Source of the DNA: Octopus sinensis
Lineage: Eukaryota
DNA: 64,000 bases
Direction: 5' to 3'
NCBI RefSeq assembly: GCF_006345805.1
Contig: NC_043001.1
Coordinates: 58,962,001 to 59,026,000 of the forward strand
A program made the translations under genes and the position numbers. Below the pieces are notes generated by a model. It made no database searches. It was not told the DNA's origin and was given only the letters and a program-made list of their open reading frames with translations. Shown here one piece after another: positions 38,560 through 51,844 of the stretch. How positions within the stretch are numbered: position 1 is the stretch's first letter; the number at the start of each line of letters is the position of its first letter.

Positions 38560-39780
38560 CCAGGAAATTAAGCAACAGCAACGATAAACCGTGAAAGCAT
38601 ACTTATCACTATGAAAATGAAAGTGATGTTTAAGAATACATGTCAAACGTTTCAAAATAATATAGGCTTTTTCAGTCATTTCCGTACGTTTGTCATTCAA
38701 GTTGATAATCGGGTCATTCACAGTCGTGAAAACGATTAGCGCCATAAAGTGTCTATATCAACGAGCACAATTTTCTGAAGTGAAGGCTTCGACATGTGCT
38801 TGCCATTTTCCCATGTTCATGCTGGCTTCTTCTACAGCTACCCGATCGCCAACCCTTTGTTGCGACTCAGCTCGAATGAGATCCCGCTTGACAGACACTT
38901 TAATAGCAGAATGCGTTATTTCCGTACAAATAAGAAATGGTGAATAGCGGGCAGAAATTTCAGAGTGATCAGTGGTGCGACGGTGTATGTTGGGAGCTTG
39001 GCATGAACATGTGTCCGCGCGTTGTTGTAGATCAAGTAGACGGATTCATTCGTCAGGAACCTGTCGGCACATACTCGAGCTGTTTCCGCTAAGAACACGT
39101 CGAAAATGTTTCGTGTAACGGCATCGTTCGCAATGGAGAAGTGAACCAGACCGATTTATCCCCAAACCACAAAGGTGACGTTGCAGTTTTTCCCATGCTG
39201 ACGGTTGACAGCTCGACGAACAGAAAAGCCTTGAGGAGCTCGTTCAAAAGACCACCTGATCTAACTGTTGTACTCACATTCATCAACTGCCGTTGACTCC
39301 CACTTCTATAAACCAATACTCATAGCACTTTTCCAGAGTTCTTGGGTGGGGGGCATTTCTTTCATCTGGGACGCCTACGGCCAACTTCATGGTTATCAAT
39401 ATCCCATCTAGATTGCAGACACGGAAACAGGCGGCTATCCGGGCAATGCTGCCTCTATGTCCCTCTTCATCTCTTGAAGGGTTACGAGTGGGTTGGCATC
39501 AATAATCACCTGAAGCAGAGCTCGCATTTCCTCCTCGACCACGACGTGGTAGACACCTCCTCCAGGCAACATATGGTGCCTCCCAGACCGTAGGTAGGTC
39601 GGTCGTTACTAAGGCTCATGCAGTACTCCTTTCAATGAGAAATGTGTCTGCTAGTTTTGGGTAATCTGTTTGATGCCTGTCGAAGGCATCAACCAACCAT
39701 GCCCTATCTTTGTCCGATATATACATGTACCTTACGCGTGGCTCCTTGGATACAAGTTGATGTAAAAGAAAGGGATATAA
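38560..39780 (-). mobile_element. Decayed L1/Tx1-like ORF2 3' region
   Basis: Raised GC; YGLGG, a CERC...ETF..VF zinc-knuckle relic and ILKHHF across frames. Confidence 0.45.
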
Positions 39781-39939
39781 AATGCAACTGATACCGACCG
39801 GTTATGAATGGTGCAATGAAAAAGACTTTTGTGGGCAGAAGAATCATGTAATTTATTTCTTCCTTGTAGCTATAAAAACAAAACTGTTTGGGCGGACGCT
39901 CCCAGACGAGAAGTGGGCTGGTCCACTACTAATAAATAG

Positions 39940-41420
39940 TGGACTGAACCAGTCAGTTCGTTCGGTGACTTTTTTTTTTTGTTAAATCTTTTGATTCCGG
40001 CCGACGTGTGTTGTGGTGTCTTGTATACTCATGGAAGGGTCTCCCGCGAGGGTGAACCTATGATTCAAATAGTTAAATTTGTTAAATAACGTTATTTTTT
40101 CTACCTGCAGGCTTGTGATTTTTGTGTTTGTCTTTTTCTCCATTTTCTGGTAAAGTGAAACAAAAAAGAGGAAGATAATGGATTGCGAACCAGGTCCGGC
40201 ACATGCCGAAGTTGTGCTTCAGCGACTGAAAGGGTGCAAATGTGGATGCGCTAGAGGTGCGAGAGGTCAAAATCAAGAAAAGGAAGCTGAAAGCGTGTAA
40301 TAGGCTGATTCAGAAGGAAGGATCGTGTTTAAGGCTGACTCCGACAGAAGAAATGACAGCCAATATAACAAAAGGAAGAGTGGTTTACAGAACACTGTCT
40401 ACAACAACTAAGAAAATTGAAATAGCCTCAGTAGAAGCGATAGAATAATGTCTTAAGGAGATAAAAAAACCGGGCAATATTCTACACGAGAAGAATAAAA
40501 TACGGCACAGTGGATGTGAGGTCTGTCAACGAGCAAGTGGCAATAAATCATCCACTGTGACGCTCGGGACGCAAGGGTAGGTACCCCTGCCAACTAAATG
40601 GGGCAAAAGGGTCGCAAATGTGAGAATAGGCAGAGTATCCCCGGAAATCAAAAAGGCGTGGCTAGTAGCAGCCGTGATGCATAAAACCGAGGAGGACACA
40701 CACATTTTAAAGATGACGAGGACAAGAAAGTGGGGATATGGTTTTGAAATGGTCATTCAGATCGAACAAAAAATTTGAAAGAAATCGCTGAAGAGGTGAC
40801 TTTACCTGAAGACATAAGGTTGAATGTGATGGAGGAAGGAAGACCACCAACCTGCAATCAATGCGGAGAGAAGGAACATATGAGCGTAAGGTGCTCCCAG
40901 AGAGACAGTGGGGAAGGCCAACAGGAGCAGAATGCCGACGTGGCGGCCCTAGCAAGTGAGAAATGTACGGAGGAAGCGGAGGAAGCATTTACGGAGGTTA
41001 CCAGGAAAAAGAAAAAGGAAAGAATGTGTCAACTCACCGACGAAGAGTCCGAAAAAGAAAAAAATGAGGAAGATATGAACATTATAGAGATGTGGCGGCA
41101 AATACCTCCACCAGCATCAGTAGCAAAAGGACAAAAAGAGGAAACCTACCCAGACAACCCAAGTTTACCATAAAAATCAAACAGTTAAATAATCCAGGAA
41201 AAGTAGATGGTATATGGTAACAGGCACAAAAAGTATGGCGATAGAAAGGACAATTACCAACATTAAATCGACAATTAGAATAAAATTACCAGTGGAGCTT
41301 TACACAGAAAATACAACAATCATAGCGATAGACAAAGAGGGGTATGGAAAATTGAATGAGTGGTCTGGAACCAGTATATATCCATTGGAGGTGGAGGGTG
41401 GAGTTCGATGACCTGCCGAT
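39940..41420 (+). mobile_element. LINE (L1/Tx1-like) ORF1/gag remnant with CCHC zinc knuckle
   Basis: ORF 40775-41173 contains EGRPPTCNQCGEKEHMSVRC (C-X2-C-X4-H-X4-C) followed by FTEVTRKKKK. Upstream frameshifted pieces run from 40178. No ORF2 follows. Confidence 0.72.
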
Positions 41421-41532
41421 ATTATTATAAATTCCTCTTATGATTATCAAATATTTATATTATTATAAATTTCTATTATGATTATTAAATATTTATATTA
41501 TTATAAATTTGTATTATGATTATTAAATATTT
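41420..41532 (+). repeat. 38-bp tandem repeat x3
   Basis: TATTATTATAAATTTCTATTATGATTATTAAATATTTA-like units at 41420, 41458 and 41496. Confidence 0.92.
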
Positions 41533-42184
41533 TCAGAATTCTATATCGGAAAATGGATTTACTTTCCTATTATTTAATCTCCTGTCAGAGAATGTATATA
41601 GTCCGCTTTATACAGCATCAAAGGTTTTAACTCTTATTTCTTGCAATATAGATGTTATTCAGCACTCTTAGTTACAGTTGGTGACGGCGAAATTTTTCCT
41701 TTATTGTCTTATATTGCACCCAGCTGCTTATATTAATTTTTAGTATACATATTAGCATTTCGCTAAATCAGCCATAAATTTATATGGATAAATATGTACT
41801 GAGAGATCCATTTAGCCAAACTGTCCGAGCGGCGGTGAAGTCACTGCTGACGCGTCTATGGAGCCTAGCTTCACTCATGGGGCAGTTATCGCCACTGTCA
41901 GTGTACATGTATATATATATTTTTACGATTCATACAGCTTTAAGAGATTTAACCCATATTCCGACGGTTAGATTTTATATATGCATATAAAATATAATTC
42001 ATATATATATAATACATTATAAACTCTGACTTCCAGTAATCTGGATTTCCTCGTTTCTGACCATCATTGGTAAACCAAGCGTAGCTTTATTTTGAATACG
42101 ACCTATCTGAATATTATATAAAGAATAATCTATACTTCTACTGAGTTGTGCATTTTATAATTTCTGGTGGATTAACAGCGACTT

Positions 42185-42460
<276 letters not shown>

Positions 42461-42461
42461 T

Positions 42462-43277
42462 ATGGTTACAGGACGTCAAAAAATGTGGACAAAATGAGAA
42501 ACGGGAAGATAAAAAACAAAAGCAAAGAAAACGAACTTTTCTTCGAACAACGAAAGAATCAAACGGGGAAATGAAACAGGCAACATAAAGGAAATTCCCT
42601 TCATCAGTTGTTCCCTGTTTTAACTATTCCGCATTTCGAAGGTTGGGAGAAGACGCGACTTCATTAAAACAGTTCTTCCCGCAAAGCAAATTAAATAAAA
42701 TTTGGGATTTTTTTGCTGAGGGTTAAAGTGGTTACAAAAACAGCACAGTAAGAATAAAACAGTAACAACACACGGTGAGGGCTGTTTAGCCATAACGAGA
42801 TGAAGAGGAGAACACTGGAATAATGAGCTTTGAGAAGAGACAGGCAAATGCACGTCTTGTCTTTAGGAAGGAAACGGAAGAAATAAAGATAGATAATCGT
42901 TGGTCACGTGTGAGCAACGAGAGAGTTAAGGAGGACGAGTGAGCGAGAGAGGGAACGATGAAGAGGAGAGGAGTAGAATTAGAGAAAGGGTGGGAGAGAA
43001 ATTTTTTTTACTACTTTAACTCTCCGCAAAAAATCCCGAATTTTATTTAATTTGCTTTGCGGGAATGACTGTTTTAACGAAGTCGTGCCTTGTTCCTACC
43101 TTCGAAACACGGAGTGGATAAAACAGGGGAAGACTGATGAAGGGAATTTTCTATATGTTGCCTGTCTCTTTTCTGTATTTGTTGCTTTCGTTATTCGAAA
43201 AAAAATCGTTTTCCATGTTTTTGTTTTTTATGTTTTCATTTCTCACTTTGTTCGCGGTGTTTGACGTCCTGTACCAT
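42462..43277. mobile_element. Non-coding element with ~280-bp diverged inverted arms (PLE-derived or MITE-like)
   Basis: 42462-42740 is the reverse complement of 43002-43277 (ATGGTTACAGGACGTCAAA / TTTGACGTCCTGTACCAT), with a purine-rich spacer. Confidence 0.85.
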
Positions 43278-43452
43278 TATATGTATGTATATATACATAT
43301 ATATGTAGGCATGTACCTGTATGTGTGTATATATGCATATATATATATATTAATTGTATTATTATTTATACATATATATATACGTATATATATATACACA
43401 CATACATACACACACATATATACATATGCATATACACATACATGCATGTTTT

Positions 43453-43513
<61 letters not shown>

Positions 43514-43766
43514 GCACACATTCAAATATGTATACAGATATATATGTGTGTGTGTGTGTGTGTGTTTCTAGATAAATAGGTAGAGATTGTTAGGTAGATC
43601 TGCCATACATTCATACGTGCATACGTAATACATATATACATGGATAAATGCATGCATACATACGTATATACGTGCATACATACACTCATGTCTGCATAGA
43701 TGAATGCATATAACAATCTTACGTACATGCACACATACATACATATATACTTGCATGCATTGATAC

Positions 43767-44372
43767 ATACACACACATATATATATACGTAAATGTGTCC
43801 TTCCAAGTGTGCTTGTGTGTGCGAAGTTCTGTTGCGTGCTGTAAGAAGGAATTTATGATGGCGTGTTTTGGAAAAAATAAACACCACCAACATAATAATG
43901 TAGAAAGTATTGTAAGCTGAGATTTAGTGTGAGTTGGATTGACACGAACACAAGATTTCAACATGGAAAACTTACTAAGAAATATCATGGAAAAATATAA
44001 AAGTGTTTAAATTATGACTACAAATGTGCAAATATAGAAAAAAATGATTTATTATAAAATAGAGGAATCTTATTGGATATCTTTGTGTTCACTAAAATAT
44101 TGAGCGTTTGATACAAGATATAGGAAGCTAGTTCTTCTGTCAAGTAAAAACAAAGACTGCAGTTATGAAATGTTGAACATATTCTTGATTTTTTTAAAAT
44201 ATATTTTTAGAATGTGTCGATATTTATATTATTATTATTTTTTATATATATAATTCAAAATCTTTTTTTCATACGCGAGTACATCATATCGTTTCCTTTC
44301 AGATCATACAAACAACTGAAAAACAAAAACACAGACACACTAATACAGACATGCATATACGTACACACACAG

Positions 44373-44447
<75 letters not shown>

Positions 44448-44954
44448 TATATATATATACATTCCAATATTTGTGTGCATGTCGATGTATTGTGTATGTG
44501 ACTATTTGTATTCTTATTTGTCTGGTGCGTGTGTTATTGTGAGGTTGTGTGCATGACTATATCTATGGCTCTTTGCGTTTGCTAATATTAGAATAAAAAT
44601 CATGAAATTTCACGAATGTATGAAATCTATATTCGTGTCTCAATAAAGTTCTACAGATTCAAATCGAAGTAAAATTTTATATTTTCTTTATATATTAGTA
44701 ACTAACTAAAATTTAGCTATAACATGTTACACACAAAAGCTCAGAATGACAGTGGTGTATATATAGCTATACAAAAACATAAACAAGTTCATGACATACA
44801 GGCACATGAATGCACAAATGAACAGATACATAGATATATGTGCATGATTACATATTCATAAAGATATGCGAATGTATATAATGCACGTATACGTCCTGTA
44901 ATTCTGTAAATGTATATATATATCTGTGTGTGTGAGTGTGTGTGCGTAATATAC

Positions 44955-44988
<34 letters not shown>

Positions 44989-45650
44989 ATGTGTGTGTGC
45001 GTGTGTGTGTGTGTGTACGTATGTGTGTTTACATATAGATATATAAATACACACACATATATATATACGTAAATGTGTCCTTCCAAGTGTGCTTGTGTGT
45101 GCGAAGTTCTGTTGCGTGCTGTAAGAAGGAATTTATGATGGCGTGTTTTGGAAAAAATAAACACCACCAACATAATAATGTAGAAAGTATTGTAAGCTGA
45201 GATTTAGTGTGAGTTGGATTGACACGAACACAAGATTTCAACATGGAAAACTTACTAAGAAATATCATGGAAAAATATAAAAGTGTTTAAATTATGACTA
45301 CAATGTGCAAATATAGAAAAAAATGATTTATTATAAAATAGAGGAATCTTATTGGATATCTTTGTGTTCACTAAAATATTGAGCGTTTGATACAAGATAT
45401 AGGAAGCTAGTTCTTCTGTCAAGTAAAAACAAAGACTGCAGTTATGAAATGTTGAACATATTCTTGATTTTTTTAAAATATATTTTTAGAATGTGTCGAT
45501 ATTTATATTATTATTATTTTTTATATATATAATTCAAAATCTTTTTTCCATACGCGAGTACATCATATCGTTTCCTTCAGATCATACAAACAACTGAAAA
45601 ACAAAAACACAGACACACTAATACAGACATGCATATACGTACACACACAG

Positions 45651-45707
<57 letters not shown>

Positions 45708-46201
45708 TCCAATATTTGTGTGCATGTCGATGTATTGTGTATGTGACTATTTGTATTCTTATTTGTCTGGTGCGTGTGTTATTGTGAGGTTGTGTGCATG
45801 ACTATATCTATGGCTCTTTGCGTTTGCTAATATTAGAATAAAAATCATGAAATTTCACGAAATGTATGAAATCTATATTCGTGTCTCAATAAAGTTCTAC
45901 AGATTCAAATCGAAGTAAAATTTTATATTTTCTTTATATATTAGTAACTAACTAAAATTTAGCTATAACATGTTACACACAAAAGCTCAGAATGACAGTG
46001 GTGTATATATAGCTATACAAAAACATAAACAAGTTCATGACATACAGGCACATGAATGCACAAATGAACAGATACATAGATATATGTGCATGATTACATA
46101 TTCATAAAGATATGCGAATGTATATAATGCACGTATACGTCCTGTAATTCTGTAAATGTATATATATATCTGTGTGTGTGAGTGTGTGTGCGTAAATATA
46201 C

Positions 46202-46235
<34 letters not shown>

Positions 46236-46315
46236 ATGTGTGTGTGCGTGTGTGTGTGTGTGTACGTATGTGTGTTTACATATAGATATATAAATACACA
46301 CACATATATATATAC
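43767..46315 (+). repeat. Near-identical tandem duplication, period ~1.28 kb
   Basis: AAATGTGTCCTTCCAAG at 43791 and 45071. The junction motif ATACACACACATATATATATAC occurs at 43767, 45047 and 46294. Confidence 0.97.
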
Positions 46316-46337
46316 ATAGAAATGTATATATCTTCTA

Positions 46338-46431
<94 letters not shown>

Positions 46432-47589
46432 AATATATATTGTGCAGGATTTACAAAAAAACATAACAGAATATAAGTGAAATAAGTGAACTCGATTAAG
46501 TGAGGTTTAGAGTGACTGTGCTGAACGTATATATATTTATAAATTTCACAAGGATAAGAGATCAACCGGAAAGAAAAAGCATATAAAGCATATATATATT
46601 GTCATCCACGCACGTACACACACACGCACACACACAGACATACACACATACGCACACACATACACATTCATGCACACACATACTCACGCGAGCACGCACA
46701 CACAGACAAAGACACACACTCACCTCCACATACATATAACATATATTCCTGGTCTGTTTGTATTTCTAACATTCCAGTGTTATTCAAGATATTTATGAAA
46801 TGTTTTCTTGAAGAGTGGCCTGAAAAAGAGAATTGTATGGTAGTTATATCCAATATTTATGTATCAGTTAACCTGAAAAATAGAAAAGGAAACTTTTGGA
46901 ATAATTCATATATGATTTACGTGTATTCTTTTCGTAAAATTGTTTAGACATTTTTCAATACATCAAACTATTTATAAAATACGTAGTTATATTAAGCATA
47001 GAATATATGACTAATAACAAAGACATTTTAGTGCTTATTGTTTTAGCAGATAAATCCTTACATAGGAACATAAATTCCATCGAAGAGAGATAATGTTTTG
47101 AAATGTAATGATCTATGTCTCTAAAAGAATTACGGGTTATGCATATTAATATATATGTAGATTCAAAGACATATTATAATAGAAGGCATATACAACTTTA
47201 TAGTGCACTTTGTATGCATGACAAATAAACAATAATATTGTTTATGCAGTTTACTGCGTTAAACAACTGCAATCACATGTAAAATGCATCTGTAATGCCA
47301 AATAGCCTTTAAGACATGAAGAGTTGAAAATATATTAAAAACAACATGTATTCTTGAAATTTCAATTTATTCATTGCTTTACCTGTTTCAACAAACGTTC
47401 CATCACGTCGTTGTTGCGTAAATAATATAGAGAAGACATATCGTTAGAAAAAATTTTTTTATATACGAACTGCGGCCTTCAGACGTAAACACATGTATGC
47501 AGGAAAAATTTAGAAACGCATGAAAACGTACATACGCTGGTTCTATAGATTTGTTCAAGCCTATATGTACACACCTACATACATATATA

Positions 47590-48088
47590 TACTAACTTAA
47601 GGTGACCCGATCTACGCGCGAGTGAGTATGCAGTTGTTACTCTTTGTTGCTTTCTTTCTGTTTCTTATCGCCACATTTTCCCTCTTTGTTTCTCACTTTT
47701 CCACTCTCTTACTCTTCCTTTCTCTCGGACTCTCCCTCACTTTCTCTTACTCTTTATCTTTATCTATCTCTCTGACATTTATAAAAAATTAGATTTCCGC
47801 GTTTAAATTACAAATCCGCTTCCACTTTACCATGTTGAAAATTTGATTGAAATCGGGCAAAAGGTGTCCGATCGAAAACCAATTACCTCGAAAAATCAAT
47901 AGAATCCCTGTTTTCACAGCAAAGCAACAACTGTAGCGCCCCAAAACATCTCCCAATCAATTTCCCACCTCAAGTTACCCCCTTCTTTAAATTTTAATCT
48001 ACTTCCAGCCCCATTTAGACCCCATTTTACATAAAAATCCAATTTGTATCAACGTTCGCCTTCTTCATTTTATAGATTAGACAGATAT
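47590..48088 (-). mobile_element. Non-autonomous Helitron-like element
   Basis: ACTAA..GACCCGATCTACGCGCG 3'-type end, AAATTTGATTGAAATCGG internal motif and TTTTATAGATTAGACAGAT 5'-type end. Confidence 0.6.
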
Positions 48089-48134
48089 ACCGGGCTTTGG
48101 TCGGGATTAAAATAACTTATTATTATTTTACTTG

Positions 48135-48308
48135 TTTCGGCATTATGACCCGATTTCATTCGGGTCTACGCGGGCCACATTTTAAAACATGAGGAATTTT
48201 GCCCTAGAGGCGATGCCTTTCCATTGAGCAAGGTCAATGTTGCCATGCAAACTCGCTAGCACTTTTAACATAGGTGTGCATATTTTCAGGTGAATCCGAT
48301 CACATATG

Positions 48309-48358
<50 letters not shown>

Positions 48359-49090
48359 GCATTAAATATGTACATATATACGCGTTATATATACATGTCT
48401 ACACATATATGTATATATCAACACACATATATACAAATATATACACTTTATATACACGCACACACACACATATATATATATATATATAAGATATATATAT
48501 ATATATAAATTAACACAATATATCTGATTGATAATATCTGTTATGATTGTGCGATGGTGGTGGTCGATAATAATTCAATATTCTAAACTGTTGCTACTGT
48601 CACGCTTTCTATCTATAGATAGAGACAGAAGTACAATGAGAGAGGTGGTGGGAGAAAGAGTGACAGAGAGACGGCGAATCTGTTAAACGTCGATATAGAG
48701 AGAAAGTGCAGACAGACGTACAGAGAGAGAGAGAGAGAGAGAGAGAATTTGAGAGAAAGAGTGTCAGCGCTGGCGAAGGCGGCAGGGGAAAGATAGTAGA
48801 AGCTTCCACACATCGTTATAGAGAGAAGTAAAGGGAAGTGGGATAGAGAGAGACGGAGGAAGACAGGCAGATAAGAGAAAGAGAGAAACGACAAACACTT
48901 GTCAAAGTGTGGGGATTTTTTGCCCTAGTAACTACAGCTTTTGAGATAGGGATTTCTAATCTAGCCCACTCACATCCTCGCCTCTTTAAATTTTGGAGCG
49001 AATCCGACGGGATCTAGTGCCCTTTAACCCGTTCCAATTCGAAAACCAGACAAAAAAACTTTTCGCATTTCAGATTTATAGATATTGATA
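48135..49090 (-). mobile_element. Non-autonomous Helitron-like element, possibly interrupted
   Basis: GACCCGA-TTTCAT-TCGGGTC hairpin plus TACGCGGG at 48147; ends TTTCAGATTTATAGATATTGAT. Confidence 0.5.
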
Positions 49091-49261
49091 TATGCATATG
49101 TGTGTTTGTGTTGTGTATAGACACGCATATATGTGTGTATATTGTAAAGAGAAAGAGGGAGAGACCCATTTTTATATATAAATAAGCCTATTTACATAGA
49201 CATATATGTGCGGTCAGATATTCACATACACTAAAACACAAAAACGCATATAAACGTGTGA

Positions 49262-49293
<32 letters not shown>

Positions 49294-49412
49294 TGTTGTG
49301 TTTAGGAATGGTCATGCTGCCAGTTTAGCCAATAAAACACACGCACTATATATTTGGTGTTAATTTGCTTCAGCTTTATTTACTTTTTACATTAATCTTA
49401 ATCTTATTTCGG

Positions 49413-49452
49413 CCAGAGTTCTTTCGTCACACTTCTGTGACCTCATCAGTAG
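49413..49452 (-). ncRNA. Minimal hammerhead ribozyme motif inside a short repeat (~49295-49560)
   Basis: Minus strand: CUA-CUGAUGA-G-GUCACA-GAAG-UGUGAC-GAAA-GAA-CUC-UGG. Intact core, perfect 6-bp stem II, short stems I and III. Confidence 0.7.
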
Positions 49453-49836
49453 TACTTTGCTTTCTTCTTTCTTATTTGTGGTGTCTCCTTACTAACGATC
49501 AGCCATTTTGTATTTTGTATTCTTTTTGTATGTGTCTTTATTTGTATGTGTCTTTCAACTATACACAAATAAAGAAGCACACAAATAAGGACACACACAC
49601 GCACACACTCACAGATATGTGAAGGTATATGTCAAGTACCCTTATATAGCAAGTGCATTTGCATACGTACCCATAAGACGTATTGTGTATCATGTATCTG
49701 CCCTCAAACAAGCAGCTGTGCACAAAATTAGACTTTGCCTCCAAATACCCATAACCCTTAACATATATCTTTATTATCCTCACCAGAGCATTTCCACACT
49801 TCTAAACTAAGTGTTGTCTACCTATATTATATATCG

Positions 49837-49837
<1 letters not shown>

Positions 49838-49904
<67 letters not shown>

Positions 49905-49948
49905 GTCTGTCTATCTATCTATCTATATGTCTGTCTGTTTATCTATCT
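49838..49948. repeat. (TATC)n microsatellite
   Basis: Directly visible. Confidence 0.97.
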
Positions 49949-49983
49949 ATTTACACACACCCTCACTCACACATATCTGTATG

Positions 49984-50014
<31 letters not shown>

Positions 50015-50871
50015 TATATATATTATATATATATATATATGTATATATGTTATTAATATGCATACAGGGAGTGTTACAAAGATTTTTAATAGCAAATTGA
50101 GGAAATTTATATGGTAGTTGAAGTTTTATAACACATAAACATGTATATATAATCGAAGTTTCAAATTGTATTCCTTCACGAAATAAATATATCTTACCCA
50201 CATGATCTATATAATTAGCTAAAACAATTAACTTACTGTAAAAAGTACATGGCTAGGTATGATCTGCTAATTCTTGCTGAAGAAATTCTACTAACCTAGC
50301 CACGGAGCCATGACACAAGCTTGAAAATGAATAAAGTGGTATACATTTAATACGTATCCAGGAAATTCCTGCTTTTATGTTACTATAATTTTCCTTAGAT
50401 TTGATTTATTTGCCTTACAAATGCGATTTCTTTTATATGGAAAATATGCTGTTTCTCTAATCCTATTAAGCTTTTCTATCTAATAAACTGATATTTCTAT
50501 CAGAATATGTGCATCTTTCCTTCATTTTCCATTTTGTCTTATAGGTGATATTAAAAACTACGTTTTTATATTTTCTAGTTCGCGTAAAGTTGTTTGGTGA
50601 CCTTTCAAGTAAAGGCTATTACTGATTATTTACATCTATAGCAAAGAATAAACTACCTTGTTTAAAATGCTCCAGCCACTTTTGAATTCTAAACTGCGTA
50701 TTGTAATAGGTGAGTCTGAAGAGCAAAGGTTAACGCTAGTGACAATTTTGCAGAAACTGCAACATTGTGAGGCAAAAGAAGCAACATATTATGAACATTG
50801 TAGAAACTAGGGCTAATCCTTTTAACATTTTCTAAGCTAGAAATGTGTTGATAACACTGCGTAACATATTT

Positions 50872-50906
50872 TGTGTGAGTGTGTGCGTGTCTCTGTGTAT
50901 GTGTGT

Positions 50907-50993
<87 letters not shown>

Positions 50994-51000
50994 GTGTGTG
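50872..51000. repeat. (GT)n microsatellite
   Basis: Directly visible. Confidence 0.97.
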
Positions 51001-51189
51001 TTTGTGAGGTGCGTGTCTTTTGTCAATAAGTGTTAGTTCCTATTTCCTTTTATCTAGAAATCAAAGGATATGACAACTATTCCCTTCAGATTTTTGTTTT
51101 TGTGACCTGAACATCAATATTTTGAGACTAACCAATTTTCCATTATATTTCACTCAGATTGCACAACCAGTTGCAGCAGCAGAAATATT

Positions 51190-51362
51190 ATTATAGCAAA
51201 TATTCTGCACAATACCAGAGATTTGCTTGTCAGTTGCTTGTCCTTAAACACTTGAGCATGTCGCTCGGTGACTGACAATATGGGCATCTCTGTTAATTCG
51301 TAAGAGTAGTGGGGGTGTATCATAGCCATGTATTCAGAGGGATTCTTTGAGCTTTGAATAAA
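51190..51362 (-). mobile_element. Family A repeat, copy 3 (older)
   Basis: GCAAATATTCTGCACAATACCAGAGATTTGCTTGTCAGTTG matches 18870-18915. Confidence 0.75.
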
Positions 51363-51844
51363 GGTAACAAAAGCAAAGTTTGAAAGAAATATTAGCAATT
51401 TTTCCTACACTCTAGGGGAAAGCAAATAGGATATAACAGTTGTCACTCTAGAACAAAAACTGCGTTACGTAGTGTAATGTGAAAATGAACAAGAGAAACT
51501 CGGCAAAAACAGATCAGGTAAATTTCACGCAACATATTCAGCATATCGTTCGCTTAATAAATGTCATTCACATACCTTAAAGGATAACAGTTAAGCAGTG
51601 CACTCTGCAGTCAAAAGGAATCCATAAAGAAGTGATTACAGGAAATAAACTTATGTTTTGGATGCATATTCACAAAATAATGCACCGAACACAGTCTCTT
51701 TTTGTAAACATATGTGTATATAACATATACATACATATATAATACATACATGCATATATGTAAACATATATGCCTATATTTATATACACACAATACACAC
51801 ACATACACTCACACACACGCAGACTTATATGTATGTACGTGTAT

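Noticed and set aside
50540-51520. AG/GT-bounded segments suggesting plus-strand exons
   Set aside because: In-frame stops or no recognisable product; such splice-like motifs are expected by chance.
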